Of a DNA stretch of 64,000 nt, positions 13,580 through 27,079 are shown piece by piece; the stretch's first letter is position 1; the number at the start of each line of letters is the position of its first letter. Below the pieces are notes generated by a model. It ran no database searches and was not told the origin of the DNA. It was given only the letters and a program-made list of their open reading frames with translations. The stretch lies in assembly GCA_964016885.1 (NCBI GenBank), contig OZ024765.1:5952001-6016000 (forward strand), written 5' to 3'. Source of the DNA: Eledone cirrhosa (Eukaryota). The position numbers and the translations under genes are program-made.

Positions 13580-13769
13580 GGCTGGGAGGAGAGTATCGAC
13601 GCCGCTATCACACACATGCTGCGGACGGTGTTGGCAAAGAATACCAAAGACACTACAATCAATCCAGCGCCTTTTAGCCTCCCTGCCGACGCCTCTAAAG
13701 TCTGTAAACACATCACTACATTCTGTGATAAGCTGGGAAAGGGAGGAAAGCTGCTTCAGACCACACCTG
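13580..13769 (+). CDS. BBS9: BBS9 exon
   Basis: ctccag acceptor, g|gtgagt donor, phase 0/1; GWEESIDAAITHMLRTVLAK...KHITTFCDKLGKGGKL matches BBS9 GWEETVDAAI.HLL.T.LSK...KHIT..CDRL.KGG. Confidence 0.95.
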
Positions 13770-14066
13770 GTGAGTACTGTCTCTCTCTCTCTTTCTGTAA
13801 CTTAGACATCTGACAATAAGAGATTGATCAAATAAATAATAGATTTGAGGAAAAAAAACATGTATGGCGGTTGAAGCCTTTCTTGGACATTTTAACCCTT
13901 TAGTATTTAAACTGGACGTATCTGGTCAGAATTTTCTCACCGCTTTCTGTTCAAACTGGCTGTAACCGGAAAATAGTCGCATCCCAAAGTAACTCCTGTT
14001 TGGTGAATTAGTAAGTGGCAAAAGAAGCAGAGGCTGTCCACAGAAGAGCTGGAAGAACTGTATTAA

Positions 14067-14716
14067 CCCTTTAGCATTTAAACTGGCCATATCTGGCCAG
14101 AATTCTCTCACCTCTTTCTGTTCAAACTGGGAGTAACTGGCCACTCATACTTATGTTAAGGTATTGTTCTCAAAGTAAATAATATCAAAATCTCAGATTC
14201 AATATTATGTGAGACAATTATGTAAGGTAAAGCCTTTACTGTGAAAATACAATAGTATATATAGAGTAATGTAAATGTTATGTGAGATATTATGTAAGGT
14301 AAAGCCTTTACTGTGAAAATACAATAGTATATATAGAGTAATGTAAATGTTATGTGAGATATTATGTGAGGTAAAGCCTTTACTGTGAAAATACAATAGT
14401 ATATATAGAGTAATGTAAATGTTATGTGAGATATTATGTGAGGTAAAGCCTTTACTGTGACAATACAATAGTATATATAGAGTAATGTAAATGTTATGTG
14501 AGATATTATGTGAGGTAAAGCCTTTACTGTGAAAATACAATAGTATATATAGAGTAATGTAAATGTTATGTGAGATATTATGTGAGGTAAAGCCTTTACT
14601 GTGAAAATACAATAGTATATATAGAGTAATGTAAATGTTATGTGAGATATTATGTGAGGTAAAGCCTTTACTGTGAAAATACAATAGTAATATAGAGTAA
14701 TGTAAATGCTAAAGGG
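14067..14716. mobile_element. piggyBac-like non-autonomous element (MITE) with an internal 60-bp tandem array
   Basis: TTAA|ccctttagcattt ... aaatgctaaaggg|ttca terminal inverted repeats; about 8 copies of a 60-bp unit; end fragments at 5680-5764, 6195-6216 and 13892-13970. Confidence 0.8.
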
Positions 14717-14781
14717 TTCATTCTCCATGTCAACATTTGGTTTATCACTCTCATTCCCTCTTTTCTTCTCTCTCTCTCCAG

Positions 14782-14903
14782 ATCAAAGAGAGCCTACTAC
14801 ACCAACTGGCATCTCACTTCAGTATCCTACAGCCAACACACCAGACATCCAAATTGGCAGCAGTTTATTGTCACCGATTAATAACATGAACGCCGAGGAA
14901 TAA
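14782..14903 (+). CDS. BBS9: Probable terminal coding exon of BBS9
   Basis: long pyrimidine tract plus ccag acceptor, phase 1 compatible with the previous exon; DQREPTTPTG...NNMNAEE ending in TAA; poorly conserved tail. Confidence 0.7.
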
Positions 14904-14980
14904 AACAACGACAATCAACAGATAGCTCTATATCACAGATCTTATGTCATAAACAGACAGTTTTATCAGTATTTCTCACA

Positions 14981-15900
14981 GATCTTGTGGGGTAATCAAC
15001 AACAGATAGCTGTATATATAGTACTGACATCTTGTGGAGGAGATAAAAGATACCAGACAGATCTGGCACACATCTTGTGGGGTAATCAACAACAGATAGC
15101 TGTATATATAGTACTGACATCTTGTGGAGTAGACAAAAGATACCAGACAGATCTGGCACACATCTTGTGGGGTAATCAACAACAGATAGCTGTATATATA
15201 GTACTGACATCTTGTGGAGTAGACAAAAGATACCAGACAGATCTGGCACACATCTTGTGGGGTAATCAACAACAGATAGCTGTATATATAGTACTGACAT
15301 CTTGTGGAGTAGACAAAAGATACCAGACAGATCTGGCACACATCTTGTGGGGTAATCAACAACAGATAGCTGTATATATAGTACTGACATCTTGTGGAGT
15401 AGACAAAAGATACCAGACAGATCTGGCACACATCTTGTGGGATAAACAACAACAGATAGCTGTATATATAGTACTTCTTACAGATCTTGTCGGGAAAACA
15501 ACAAACAAAAGACAGATCTGTCACACATCTTGAAGGATAAACAACACCAGACAACAACATACAGATCTGTTACACATCTTGAAGGATAAACAACACCAGA
15601 CAACAACATACAGATCTGTCACACATCTTGAGGGATAAAAAACACCAGACAACAACATACAGATCTGTTACACATCTTGAAGGATAAAAAACACCAGACA
15701 ACAACATACAGATCTGTTACACATCTTGAGGGATAAACAACAACAGACAACAAACAGCTCTGTGGGATAAAAATCACCAGCAACAAATAATAGACATATC
15801 TATTACAGATCTTGTGGGATATATGAGAGGAGACAAAAGGCAGATCTGTCACAGATTTTGTGAGATGAACCACACCAGACACCAGACAGATCTGTCACAA
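14981..15900. repeat. 90-bp tandem repeat (about 5.5 copies) decaying into roughly 49-bp subunits, just 3' of the BBS9 stop
   Basis: aacagatagc recurs every 90 bp from 15001 to 15451; agatct...acacatcttg subunits continue to about 15900. Confidence 0.9.
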
Positions 15901-16249
15901 TCTTGAGGGATAAACAATAGATAGCTCTGTCACAGTACATCTCACAGATCCCAGTCGTCTTCATTCCTCTGCCATCCAAGATGTCTTCAAATCCTACCCC
16001 ATTTGGAAATTTCATCTAATAATTATTTAGCCCCTAGCTGCAAACTTTTCAACTTCAGTAATTGTATATAGTCCATTGGTTCTCAGAGACCCATGTCATA
16101 TTCATCCCACTGCAATCCAAAGTTTCTTCAATTCCGTCCATATTTAGAATTCTCATCTAGTCATTTTTCACCCAAACACCATATTTCATTCGATATATAA
16201 ATAAATATATATATATATATATATATATAAAAAAAATAATAATAATGAA

Positions 16250-16485
16250 ATTATTGTGTAAAGTGCTCAGGTGCACTACAACTCGTCAATATAGTACATA
16301 GAATAATACACAAATGCCAGGGAAGTACATGTTTGTATGTGTTAGCTGTAGTGTTGGCGGATCTCGGGAAGCATGGAGGCCTTAAAGGATGCAGCGTCTC
16401 GACAGCTAACAACTGATGCAGGTAGTTTGTTCCATGCTTCAGCAACTCTGAGCGTGAAAAAATGTTTCCGAAAGTCATGGGAACT
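16250..16485 (-). pseudogene. CR1/L2-like LINE 3' fragment
   Basis: minus strand reads FRKHFFTLRVAEAWNKLPASVV...SFK, the typical CR1-group C-terminus. Confidence 0.75.
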
Positions 16486-16492
16486 ATATATA

Positions 16493-16669
16493 TAGGAAAA
16501 TGTTTAACCCCGACGGCAGAGCTCAAGCTATTTCTGGACTGAAATAGCTGTCGAAACGGCTTGAGCTCTGCTGTCGGGGTTAAACATTTTCCTATTACCC
16601 ACTCCACTATCCTAAGTATTGAGTACTCTGGTGCGTTATGGTCCATCTGGTTCCTTACCACGTCCTTCG

Positions 16670-16706
<37 letters not shown>

Positions 16707-16878
16707 AAAATGTTTAACCCCGACGGCAGAGCTCAAGCTATTTCTGGACTGAAATAGCTGTTGAAACGGCTTGAGCTCTGCCGTCGGGGTTAAACATTTT
16801 CCTATTACCCACTCCACTATCCTAAGTATTGAGTACTCTGGTGCGTTATGGTCCATCTGGTTCCTTACCACGTCCTTC

Positions 16879-16880
<2 letters not shown>
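16493..16880 (+). mobile_element. Two tandem copies of fold-back element family A in (TA)n
   Basis: arm ggaaaatgtttaaccccgacggcagagctcaagc with its inverted copy, followed by a tail ending ggttccttaccacgtccttc then (TA)n; contains the hammerhead 3' half GAAA cggc..gccg TC gggg. Confidence 0.75.
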
Positions 16881-16947
<67 letters not shown>

Positions 16948-17280
16948 CAAAATAACAGGAGGCATGTTCTGGTGTAAATCCTTGAAAGGTTTATTATACT
17001 ATGATCAGTTCAATAACAGGGTTCAGTATGAATCCGGTGACATCATCAGGTAATTCAAAATATAACGAAGGAATATATCAGATAAAAATCTTTGGTGTTT
17101 AAATCAGAGACAAGAGGGCGACCGGTATTTTAGGACTTGTATCTACATCGACCGCCCTATATATATATATATACATATATATATATACACAATGTCCAAA
17201 GGTATATTGGTATTTCATTTGATATATGCATATATATAAATATATATATATAAATTATATTTATATTATATATATATAAG

Positions 17281-17327
<47 letters not shown>

Positions 17328-17442
17328 GTGTGTATGTATATATACATATATACACACACACACAATGTATATTATAGTCAGGTATACCCATGCTAGCATG
17401 GTTAAGTGTATTGGTATTGCATTTGATATATATATATATATG

Positions 17443-17898
17443 TAGAAGTTCTATTTAAATTGTTGGGATACAACAAGCAAATATTTTTATAACTGATATA
17501 AAGCACTCAACAAATTTTTGGAGTAAAAATACGATATATTAACAAATGGAAACTATATTTATAAAACCATATTTATTTCATTATACATATTTCAAGGACA
17601 CCAAGTTAAATTATGGTGTGCTTTCATCAGATAAAATATATAGAGCAGTTTTAAAAATAAATATTGACATACCCTTAAAGAATGCGACCATTTCTGTTGG
17701 AAGCTCCCGGATAGTATCCGAGAGCTTCCAACAGAAATGGTCGCATTCTTTAAGGGTATGTCAATATTTATTTATAAAACTGCTCTATATATTTTATCTG
17801 ATGAAAGCACACCATAATTTAACTTGGTGTCCTTGAAATATGTATAATGAAATAAATATGGTTTTATAAATATAGTTTCCATTTGTTAATATATCGTA
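17443..17898. mobile_element. Fold-back element family C: 369-bp near-perfect palindrome (17530-17898) plus a unique tail
   Basis: symmetry axis at 17714; tail 17443-17529 matches the 3' end of the copy at 40280-40520 and a fragment at 46420-46470. Confidence 0.85.
17791..17853 (+). ncRNA. Type I hammerhead ribozyme (mirror copy on the minus strand at 17575-17637)
   Basis: attttat CTGATGA aagcacacca..tggtgtcctt GAAA tatgta TA atgaaat; 7-bp stem I. Confidence 0.8.
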
Positions 17899-17926
17899 TA
17901 TATATATATATATGTGTGAGTGTATG

Positions 17927-17972
<46 letters not shown>

Positions 17973-18105
17973 AGTGTATGTATGTATATATATATATATA
18001 CTCTTGCCTCAAGTGGGAGAACCCCCGTCCAAACCCATGCAAGCGTGGAACACGGACGCTAAACCTGATGATGATGATGATGATGATGATATATGTGAGT
18101 GTATG

Positions 18106-18147
<42 letters not shown>

Positions 18148-18458
18148 AGTGTATGTATATATATATATATATATACACACACACATACACACAGTGTACA
18201 GTTGTTTCCCAGGGTAGATTTCAACCCTGGTATTTAAAAATAGTAACTTAATAAACAAAATAAATCTACTTCAAATCTTTTCTAAGCTTATAATTATATT
18301 TTTTCATCAGATGTGAACAAAAATATACAAATCCCTGCAGGTAAAATTTAAAATTCTCCCTTGGGCACAAATTTCTCACCCAGGGGCAGGCAAGAGATAG
18401 AGAGAAAACATACATATACTGATGTTGATTAGATTATCAATATTAGTATTATTGGGCA

Positions 18459-18585
18459 CCCACTGAAGAAATATAAGAGGCCACTTGAATAAGTATCTGT
18501 TGATCTTATACAAGCTTCTACATAAATTGGTATAATTTCACCCAAATTGTAGGAATCTTATAATGAAACGAGACATCCGTCTGGG
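18459..18585 (+). ncRNA. Type I hammerhead ribozyme with enlarged domain II
   Basis: ccca CTGAAGA aatataaga...tcttataat GAAA cg agacatc cg TC tggg; GUC cleavage triplet. Confidence 0.7.
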
Positions 18586-18761
18586 AAGAGATATATTCGA
18601 TATGTCTCATATGAAATAATACAGCCAATTTTCCATACAATACAATTAGTTAGCACCCCGAACGTTTAATTAGGAATATACTCACTTATTTCCTAATGTT
18701 TGTTGAGTGAGTTGGAATTTGGCTGGAGTATCGCTAAAAGCTTTCTCCGATAATGTATTTA

Positions 18762-18832
<71 letters not shown>

Positions 18833-19259
18833 CTATATCTATCTAAGGCGGGTAAAATTCTTGAGATCCATGGACGAGTTCTCTCCAGCGGTCTCTGTCC
18901 CTCATTATCGCTGCCATGTATATATATATTTATATATATATATATACTAGCAGAATGGCAGATTAAAATAACAGATTAAAGTTTAAGCAGAGAATCGCTG
19001 CTTTCACCCTTAACGGGATCTTCTGAAACTACAAAAATCAATCTGTGAACGCAGAAGTAAATATTTCGAAAAACGTTACACACTATATATATATACACAC
19101 ACACTATATATACATATATACATACACACACACATATACACACACAGCGTCATAATGTTGTAATGCAGACGGTCAGACATACAGACAGATATTATAAGGG
19201 CGCAACGTTATATCTATGTATCTATCTAAAAAGAAAGACTAAGAGTTATAGAGAGAGAT

Positions 19260-19425
19260 CGCTAAATCGCCTAATGCGGTCCCTATGGCATTGAAAATTT
19301 GAAATATTTTTTTGCTAAAAACACTCACAGGACCATAAGTATTACATGTGTAAAGTTTGAAAAAAGTTGGTTGGGTGGTTCTCGAGTTTTAGGGAGTCAG
19401 ACAGACAGACAGACATTCTCTGTTT

Positions 19426-19445
<20 letters not shown>
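19260..19445. mobile_element. Possible Helitron-like non-autonomous element end
   Basis: aagtttgaaaaaagttggttgggtggttctcgagtt...(CAGA)n cattctctgttttatatatatag resembles Lep1/HINE-type termini; boundaries uncertain. Confidence 0.4.
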
Positions 19446-19459
<14 letters not shown>

Positions 19460-19572
19460 CACAAATAGATTGATAGACACAGAAATATATGTATATAGAC
19501 TGACATATATATATATATGTATGTATGTATGCGTGAGAGAGGGAGAGAGAGAGACAGGCAAATAACTAAACA

Positions 19573-19626
<54 letters not shown>

Positions 19627-20575
19627 TATATATATATAAATAGACAGACAGACAAATAGATATATAGACAGATGTAGATACAAATATACATATGCAAATA
19701 TATAGATATATTTAAATATATATACATATACAAATATATATACATATACAAATATATATATATACACAAATATACATATATATAAATAAAAATATATAGA
19801 CAGTTTTATATATATAGACATATATATATATATATATACATACAGATATATAAATATATCGAGGGACACATATATATAGACAGATTTTTTTTTTTTCATT
19901 TTATTTTATTTTATTTTACGTCCACTTTTCCCTGCTTGCAAGGGTGGGACGGGAACTGATTCTGGCTTGATTTCTACAGCTGGATGCTCTTCCTAACACC
20001 AACCACATTTACAGTGAGTGCTGGGTGCTTTTTTTCCGTGGCACCTCCACGTCCACTTTAGCAGTGGAATGATAGGGACCCCAGTCCCTAGTATCTCATT
20101 TCTACAGCTGAGTAAACTGGAGCAATGTGAAATAAAGTGTCTTGCTCAAGGAAACAACACATCACCCGGTCTGAGAATTGAACTCACAACCTTTCGATTG
20201 CAAGGCTAATGCTCTAACCACTAAGCCATGTGCCTCCATGATATACATATATATATATATATAGAGAGAGAGACATATATATTTATATACAAATATATAG
20301 ACATATATATATATCATCATATCATCATCATCATCATATATATATATACACTCACAATGTATGTTGAAATAAAAAGAATGTTAGCCAATGATGTACAGTT
20401 TATATCGCATGAGTGAAGTTTGATACAACAGCCAACAAATATATTCAACACGCTGTACAAAACACATTACAACTTGTGTAAACATGAATTATATACACAT
20501 TATACATACATCACTACTTCTTTGTTCCTTCTTTACCTCTACTTCCTTTCTTTCTCTCGCTCTATCTACCTATCT

Positions 20576-20639
<64 letters not shown>

Positions 20640-20934
20640 CTATCCATCTCTATCTCTCTCTCTCACTTTATCTTTCTCTCGCTCTATCTATCTATCTTTC
20701 TCTCTCTCTCTTTATATTTCTCTCTCTCTCTCTACCTATCCATCTCTATCTCACTTTCCTTTCTTCCTCTCTGTCTTTCTCCTGGATGTTCCACAGGATC
20801 AAAGGAAAGGGGGAGGGGTTGTGAAGGAGTGTCTGTGTCTACTCAGGGACTGCCCGGGCACCTAAAAACACTTAGTGGAGCCATTGCTAATACTACCAAG
20901 TCATACTTGATTGCGAGTGATCGCTGTGGTAGTT

Positions 20935-20983
<49 letters not shown>

Positions 20984-21063
20984 CATACATATATATATAT
21001 ACATACATATATATATATACATACATATATATATATATATATACATACATATAGATATATATG

Positions 21064-21141
<78 letters not shown>

Positions 21142-21658
21142 TATATATATATATAGTGGTAGAACACTGGAAGGTAATATCCGTAGTGGTAGAGCAGTCA
21201 GTCCAAGGGACGAGTTAGGTAGAAGTGGTTACACAACAGTTAGTTCACCATACCGGGAACAATCGCTGTCCTTCCTGTTCCAGTCAGTAGGCACCTCTTA
21301 ACCAAATATACACCCCAATCCACTACCCCTACCCTATCCTCCCACTCCCACCAACAGCACGAGAAAATGAGATCGAGATCGTGTAGGTGTCACGACAAAA
21401 AAACACACACACAGTCCACGCTGTAATATGACCATGTAAGGTAACACGGAAAAAAGTTCCCAGTTCCACAATGTAAACGTGGTTGGTGTTAGGAAGGGCA
21501 TCCAGCCGTAGAAGACCTGCCAGATAGTCCTAAATGAGCAAGAGACGGTCATCTGGCCAACCTTGCCTCAAGTGGGACAACTCCCGTCTAACCCATGCTA
21601 GCGTGGAAGATGGACGTTAAACGAAGATGATGATGATGATGATGATGAATGACCATTA

Positions 21659-21696
21659 CGAGCTGAGGATCCGCTAAGGTGAAACAATTGTTCTCG
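21659..21696 (+). ncRNA. Minimal hammerhead ribozyme
   Basis: cgag CTGAGGA tcc gctaa ggt GAAA caattg TT ctcg; stem II is weak. Confidence 0.65.
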
Positions 21697-22559
21697 GTAT
21701 GGTGAACTAACTGTTGTGTTACTACTTCTATATATCACCATCATTTTACGTCCGCTTTTTCCCTGCTTGCAAGGGTGGGACAGGAAATGATTCTGGCTTG
21801 ATTTCTACAGCTGGATGCCCTTCCTAACACCAACCTCATTTACAGTGAGTGCTGGGTGCTTTTTTTCCGTGGCACCTCCACGACCACTTTACAGTGGAAT
21901 GATAGGGACCCCAGTCCCAGTCCCTATCATCTCATTTCTACAGCTGAGTAAACTGGAGCAATGTGAAATAAAGTGTCTTGCTCAAGGAAACAACACATCA
22001 CCTGGTCTAAGAATTGAACTCACAGCTTTTCGATTGCAAGACCAATGCTCTAACCACTAAGCCATGTGCCTCCATATATATATATATATATATCACAACA
22101 TCCAGTCCAAACTAATGAGGTTATGTAGGTGTCACGACAAAAAACACACAGTCCACACTGTAATATTCAGCCGTAGTAAACCTACCAGACAGTCCTATAC
22201 AAGCGAGACTCGGTCACCCGACCAATCTTGCCTCAAGTGGGACAATTCCCGTCTAACCGATGCTAGCGTGGAAGATAGACGTTAAATGATGATGATGATG
22301 ATATCATTATCATCATCGTTTAACGTCTATCTTCCATGCTAACATGGGTTAAAGGGGTTTGTCCCATTTAGAGGCAAGTTGGGTCGGGTGACCATTGTCT
22401 CGCTCATATAGGACTGTTTCTGGCTGGTTTTCTACAGCTGGATGCCCTTTCTAATGCCAACCTCATTTACAGTGTGGACTGGGAGCTTTTTACCATGTTA
22501 CCTACATGGCCATATTACAGTGTGGACTGGGTGTTTTGTGGTACCAACATAATATAATG

Positions 22560-22599
<40 letters not shown>

Positions 22600-22683
22600 A
22601 AAGGTAAACAGAAATAACAACACAATCGGTACAGTATATGGAAGGGATATATTAGGTTAACGCTTGATATAGCAGGAAGAGGG

Positions 22684-22820
22684 TCTTAACGTTTCAGACG
22701 CTAGTCCTTCATCAAAAGAAATATATAAAATACAGTACAATGAAGAAATATATTAGTTTAATGCTTGATAGGATAGGAAAAGAGTCTTTATGTTTCAGAC
22801 CCAAGTCTTTCATCAGAAGA
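22684..22820 (-). ncRNA. Tandem pair of minimal hammerheads (22785-22820 with intact core; 22684-22719 with C3U)
   Basis: tctt CTGATGA aagac ttgg gtct GAAA ca TA aaga and tctt TTGATGA aggac tagc gtct GAAA cg TT aaga, about 100 bp apart. Confidence 0.7.
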
Positions 22821-22904
22821 TAGAATGAGAAATAAAAGATGAATTAGAAAGATAGAGAGTGAGAAGAGAATATGAGTGTATTCTGTGAGCCATTTTGAAG
22901 AATA

Positions 22905-23692
22905 TATATATATATATATCTAATATATGTATATATATGACTATGTATATATATATATATCTAATATATGTATATATATATGACTATGTATATATATATA
23001 TCTAATATATGTATATATATGACTATGTATATATATGACTATGTATATATATATATCTAATATATGTATATATATGACTATGTATATATATATATATCTA
23101 ATATATGTATATATATGACTATGTATATATATATATCTAATATATGTATATATATGACTATGTATATATATATATCTAATATATGTATATATATGACTAT
23201 GTATATATATATATATCTAATATATGTATATATATGACTATGTATATATATATATATATCTAATATATGTATATATATGACTATGTATATATATATATCT
23301 AATATATGTATATATATGGCTATGTATATATATATATATCTAATATATGTATATATATGACTATGTATATATATATCTTATATATGTATATATATATATA
23401 TCTAATATATGTATATATATGACTATGTATATATATATATATCTAATATATGTATATATATGGCTATGTATATATATATATATCTAATATATGTATATAT
23501 ATGGCTATGTATATATATATATCTAATATATGTATATATATGACTATGTATATATATATATCTAATATATGTATATATATGACTATGTATATATATATAT
23601 CTAATATATGACTATGTATATATATATATCTAATATATGTATATATATGACTATGTATATATATATATATCTAATATATGTATATATATGAC

Positions 23693-23700
<8 letters not shown>
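22905..23700. repeat. About 40-bp AT-rich minisatellite
   Basis: unit ctaatatatgtatatatatgactatg(ta)n. Confidence 0.9.
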
Positions 23701-23742
<42 letters not shown>

Positions 23743-25141
23743 TAAGCAGGGAAAAGTGGACGTAAAACGATGATGATGATGATATATATATATACATTCA
23801 TACACACGCACACACACATATGTATGTATAAGCATATATACCCATACATACAACCCTGCATTCACCTAGCCTACAAACATCATGCATACACTCATACACA
23901 CACTTGCATAAACATCACATATACACATACATATACACAAAAATACATCACACATACACACATTCACACACACCCAAACATCACATAAACACAAAACATC
24001 ACATACATGGACGCATACATCATACACACACAAACTTACGCACGCACACACACACACATCACACATACAAACACACAGACGCACACACACTACATACACA
24101 CACACACTCACACACATACACACACACATCACATAAACCTACACACACACACACACATCACTCCTACACAAACTTACACACATGCACATACATACACACA
24201 AAAATCACACAAATGAACACACAAACCAATTTGAATTTGCAACACGTATTTAATAAAATAAATAAATATATATATATAATACATAAGAAAAAATGCAGGC
24301 ATAACAGCCAAATAGCGAAGCTATGGCAGCTAAACGAAGGCAAAGCCCGCCAGACATAAAACTTATAAAGAACAATAACATTTACTACAGATTTAGATGA
24401 AAGAAACAGACGTTTGTTTGGCTTTCATATTGGAAAAAAAAGGGAGGTGCGGACTATTAGTTTTTTCAAAGAAACAGACGATCCATTTAATGGCGTTTCT
24501 AAAGAAATAGGCGGAGTTAGTATCTGTAGTTTCGTACAAGTTGTTTTCTGTTTCGTCGTCTCTTAATAATAAAATGTTACAAATATTTGTGCTTTTATTG
24601 TCTTCAATGAATATCTTCCTTTTGCTGCGATTTATTTGACGTATGTGTCAGTTTATTTACATATCTACTGAAATTCTTTCAATGTTTGTATGTGTGTGTG
24701 TGTGTGTTTATGTTTGTGTATGTGTGCGTGTGTATGTATATGTGTGTGTGTGTTTGTATGTATTATGTAAGTGTGTGTATGTATGTGTATGTACATATAT
24801 GTGTGTTTGTATGTATGTGTATGTATATATATGTGTGTGTGTATGGATATATTTACGTATTACACGTGTGTGTATGTATATATCTATGTGTGTGTGCGTA
24901 TATATATATGCAAACGGAGAAAAAGACGATTATTAGGAAGAAAAATATATTTTTTTTCCCTTTTTATTTTTATTTTTGATAATGCATAAAAATGCTGAAA
25001 CCGGTAATAGACAATTATTAAATAAATAAATGCCATTGTTAATTAATAAATAAATCAACTCATACCTTAACACTTCACACAAAGTAAAATATTTCGTTTT
25101 AATCATTTTCTAACCCAGAAAAAAGAGATAAATAAAAAGGG

Positions 25142-25263
<122 letters not shown>

Positions 25264-25440
25264 CCTAACTCGTGAGCTTCTCCACATTTTATTATTATAT
25301 ATATATATATTTAAATTGAAGAAAACCTAAGTTTTTAACATTAAATCCATCTTAAATCTCTACAATCGTTTCTATACAGGTGAGAAACTTGTATATACAG
25401 GTAAACAATGAATCAATGATTTATAACCACTGTTCAAATA

Positions 25441-25635
25441 CAGACCTGCCAACCTCTAAAAACCTAAACGGAGAGTCCCATGAAAAAAACTGCCCCAAAA
25501 CGGGGAGAAATTACGTAAAATGGGGAGATTTTACATAATGAAAGCTTTACCCATTTTCACGAGAGAAGACATCTTTCACCTGCCACAAAGTGGGTTGGAG
25601 ATCTCTCCGTCGGGCGAGGAAAGTTGACAGCTCTG
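25441..25635. mobile_element. MITE-like element; second copy at 26726-26912
   Basis: imperfect terminal inverted repeats cagacctgccaac / gttgacagctctg; two similar copies of about 190 bp. Confidence 0.55.
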
Positions 25636-25723
25636 GTACATATATCTGACTGTCTGATTATCTATCTATCTATATATATATCTGACTGTCTGTATGTCTA
25701 TCTATACATCTATCTATCTATCT

Positions 25724-26705
25724 GTCCTGGGTGAAGAAAAGACCGAAAACGATGGGCGCCTGGCACATTGAATGCTCTCAGGCGCTCACAGTCCTCTGGC
25801 AAGCGGGCGCAGCAATCAGTGGAGACTCCACTTCGACATTCTATAGAGGGATTGTACGTTACAAGGGCGACGACGTGCTCGGGGAGACTCTGGGCGTCGA
25901 AGACGATGAGCTCACCAGTCTGTTTGGTAGGACTTTCCGCCCGGGACCTATGGACAACTTCCAGAGGTCCCTGGCCTGGCAGTGCTACTGAGGAGCTCTA
26001 CCGGTTCGTGACAAGATCTACAGGCACGGACAGGGATCCTTCCAAGAGGACGTGTCCAAGATGCGCGCAGGACATTGAAACAGTCCTGCACGCAATTGTA
26101 CACTGCCCGTGCGTAACCGACCTGTGGAACTATGCAGAACAACTGCTGTCGCGTATGGGACAAATCCAATTGACTGCCGAGTCCATAGTAAGGATCAAAC
26201 CGCCAACCTCTTTCAAAAACGAAAGAGAGGCGGTTTTCCTCTGTACGGTGGCTATGGTGAAAGAAGTTATATGGTGGACGAGGTTGAGAGGACTGAGGAC
26301 AGATGCCTTTCTCTCCGGACAACAATTGATTCCCTTCTTTAAGTATCACTTTAGAAGGAGAATCAGGGTGGAGAGAGAGGCACTGCACCCCAGTAAATTT
26401 ACTGAAAGGTGGGTGAATGAAGCGAAAATGGCCCGAGTGATTGGGCCTTCTCTGTTTATAAGCCTGTAGGTTGAGGAAGAGAGCAAAAGGAAGAAAGGAG
26501 CACTTGCACAACACGCTCCTGGAGTTGAGGGTTGTTCTATCGACGGGGTATTAAACAACCCATTTGTGGCGCCTCCCCCCCTATTGGGGATTTAGATTGT
26601 TGTAATTGTTTGTTTTTATATTTTTTACACGACTGCATGTAAAATCCCCGGCATGTCTGTGTATTGTCCCCTTTTCTTGTGCGCCCTTGTGGCTAATAAA
26701 GAAAT
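25724..26705 (+). mobile_element. 5'-truncated Tx1/L1-clade non-LTR retrotransposon (zf-RVT C-terminus plus 3' UTR)
   Basis: FQRSLAWQCY..L.VRDKI and CPRCAQDIETVLHAIVHC CCHC knuckle, frameshifted; stop at 26469; AATAAA near 26695; (TCTA)n on both sides. Confidence 0.85.
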
Positions 26706-27079
26706 ATATCTATCTATCTGTACATCAAACCTGCCAACCTCTAAAAACCCAAACCATGAAAAAATGTGCCTCAAAACGGGGAGAAATGAGGCAAAATGGG
26801 GGAGATTTTACATAATGAAAGTTTTACCTATTTTCACAAGAGAAGACATCTCTCACCTGCCACAAAGTGGGTGGGAGATTCCCCCGTCGGCCTGGGAAAG
26901 TTCACAGCTCTGGTATAAATAATGACTCAATCATTTATAATTAATTAATAATTAATCACATAGTATACGAATAAACACGAGTGTTTGTGTAGGGGCGGCA
27001 AGACCAGCCCTGTGGAAAGACCACACCCTTCACAAAAGTATCAAGTTGAAGCTGATAAGGACCCTAATATGACCAGTAA

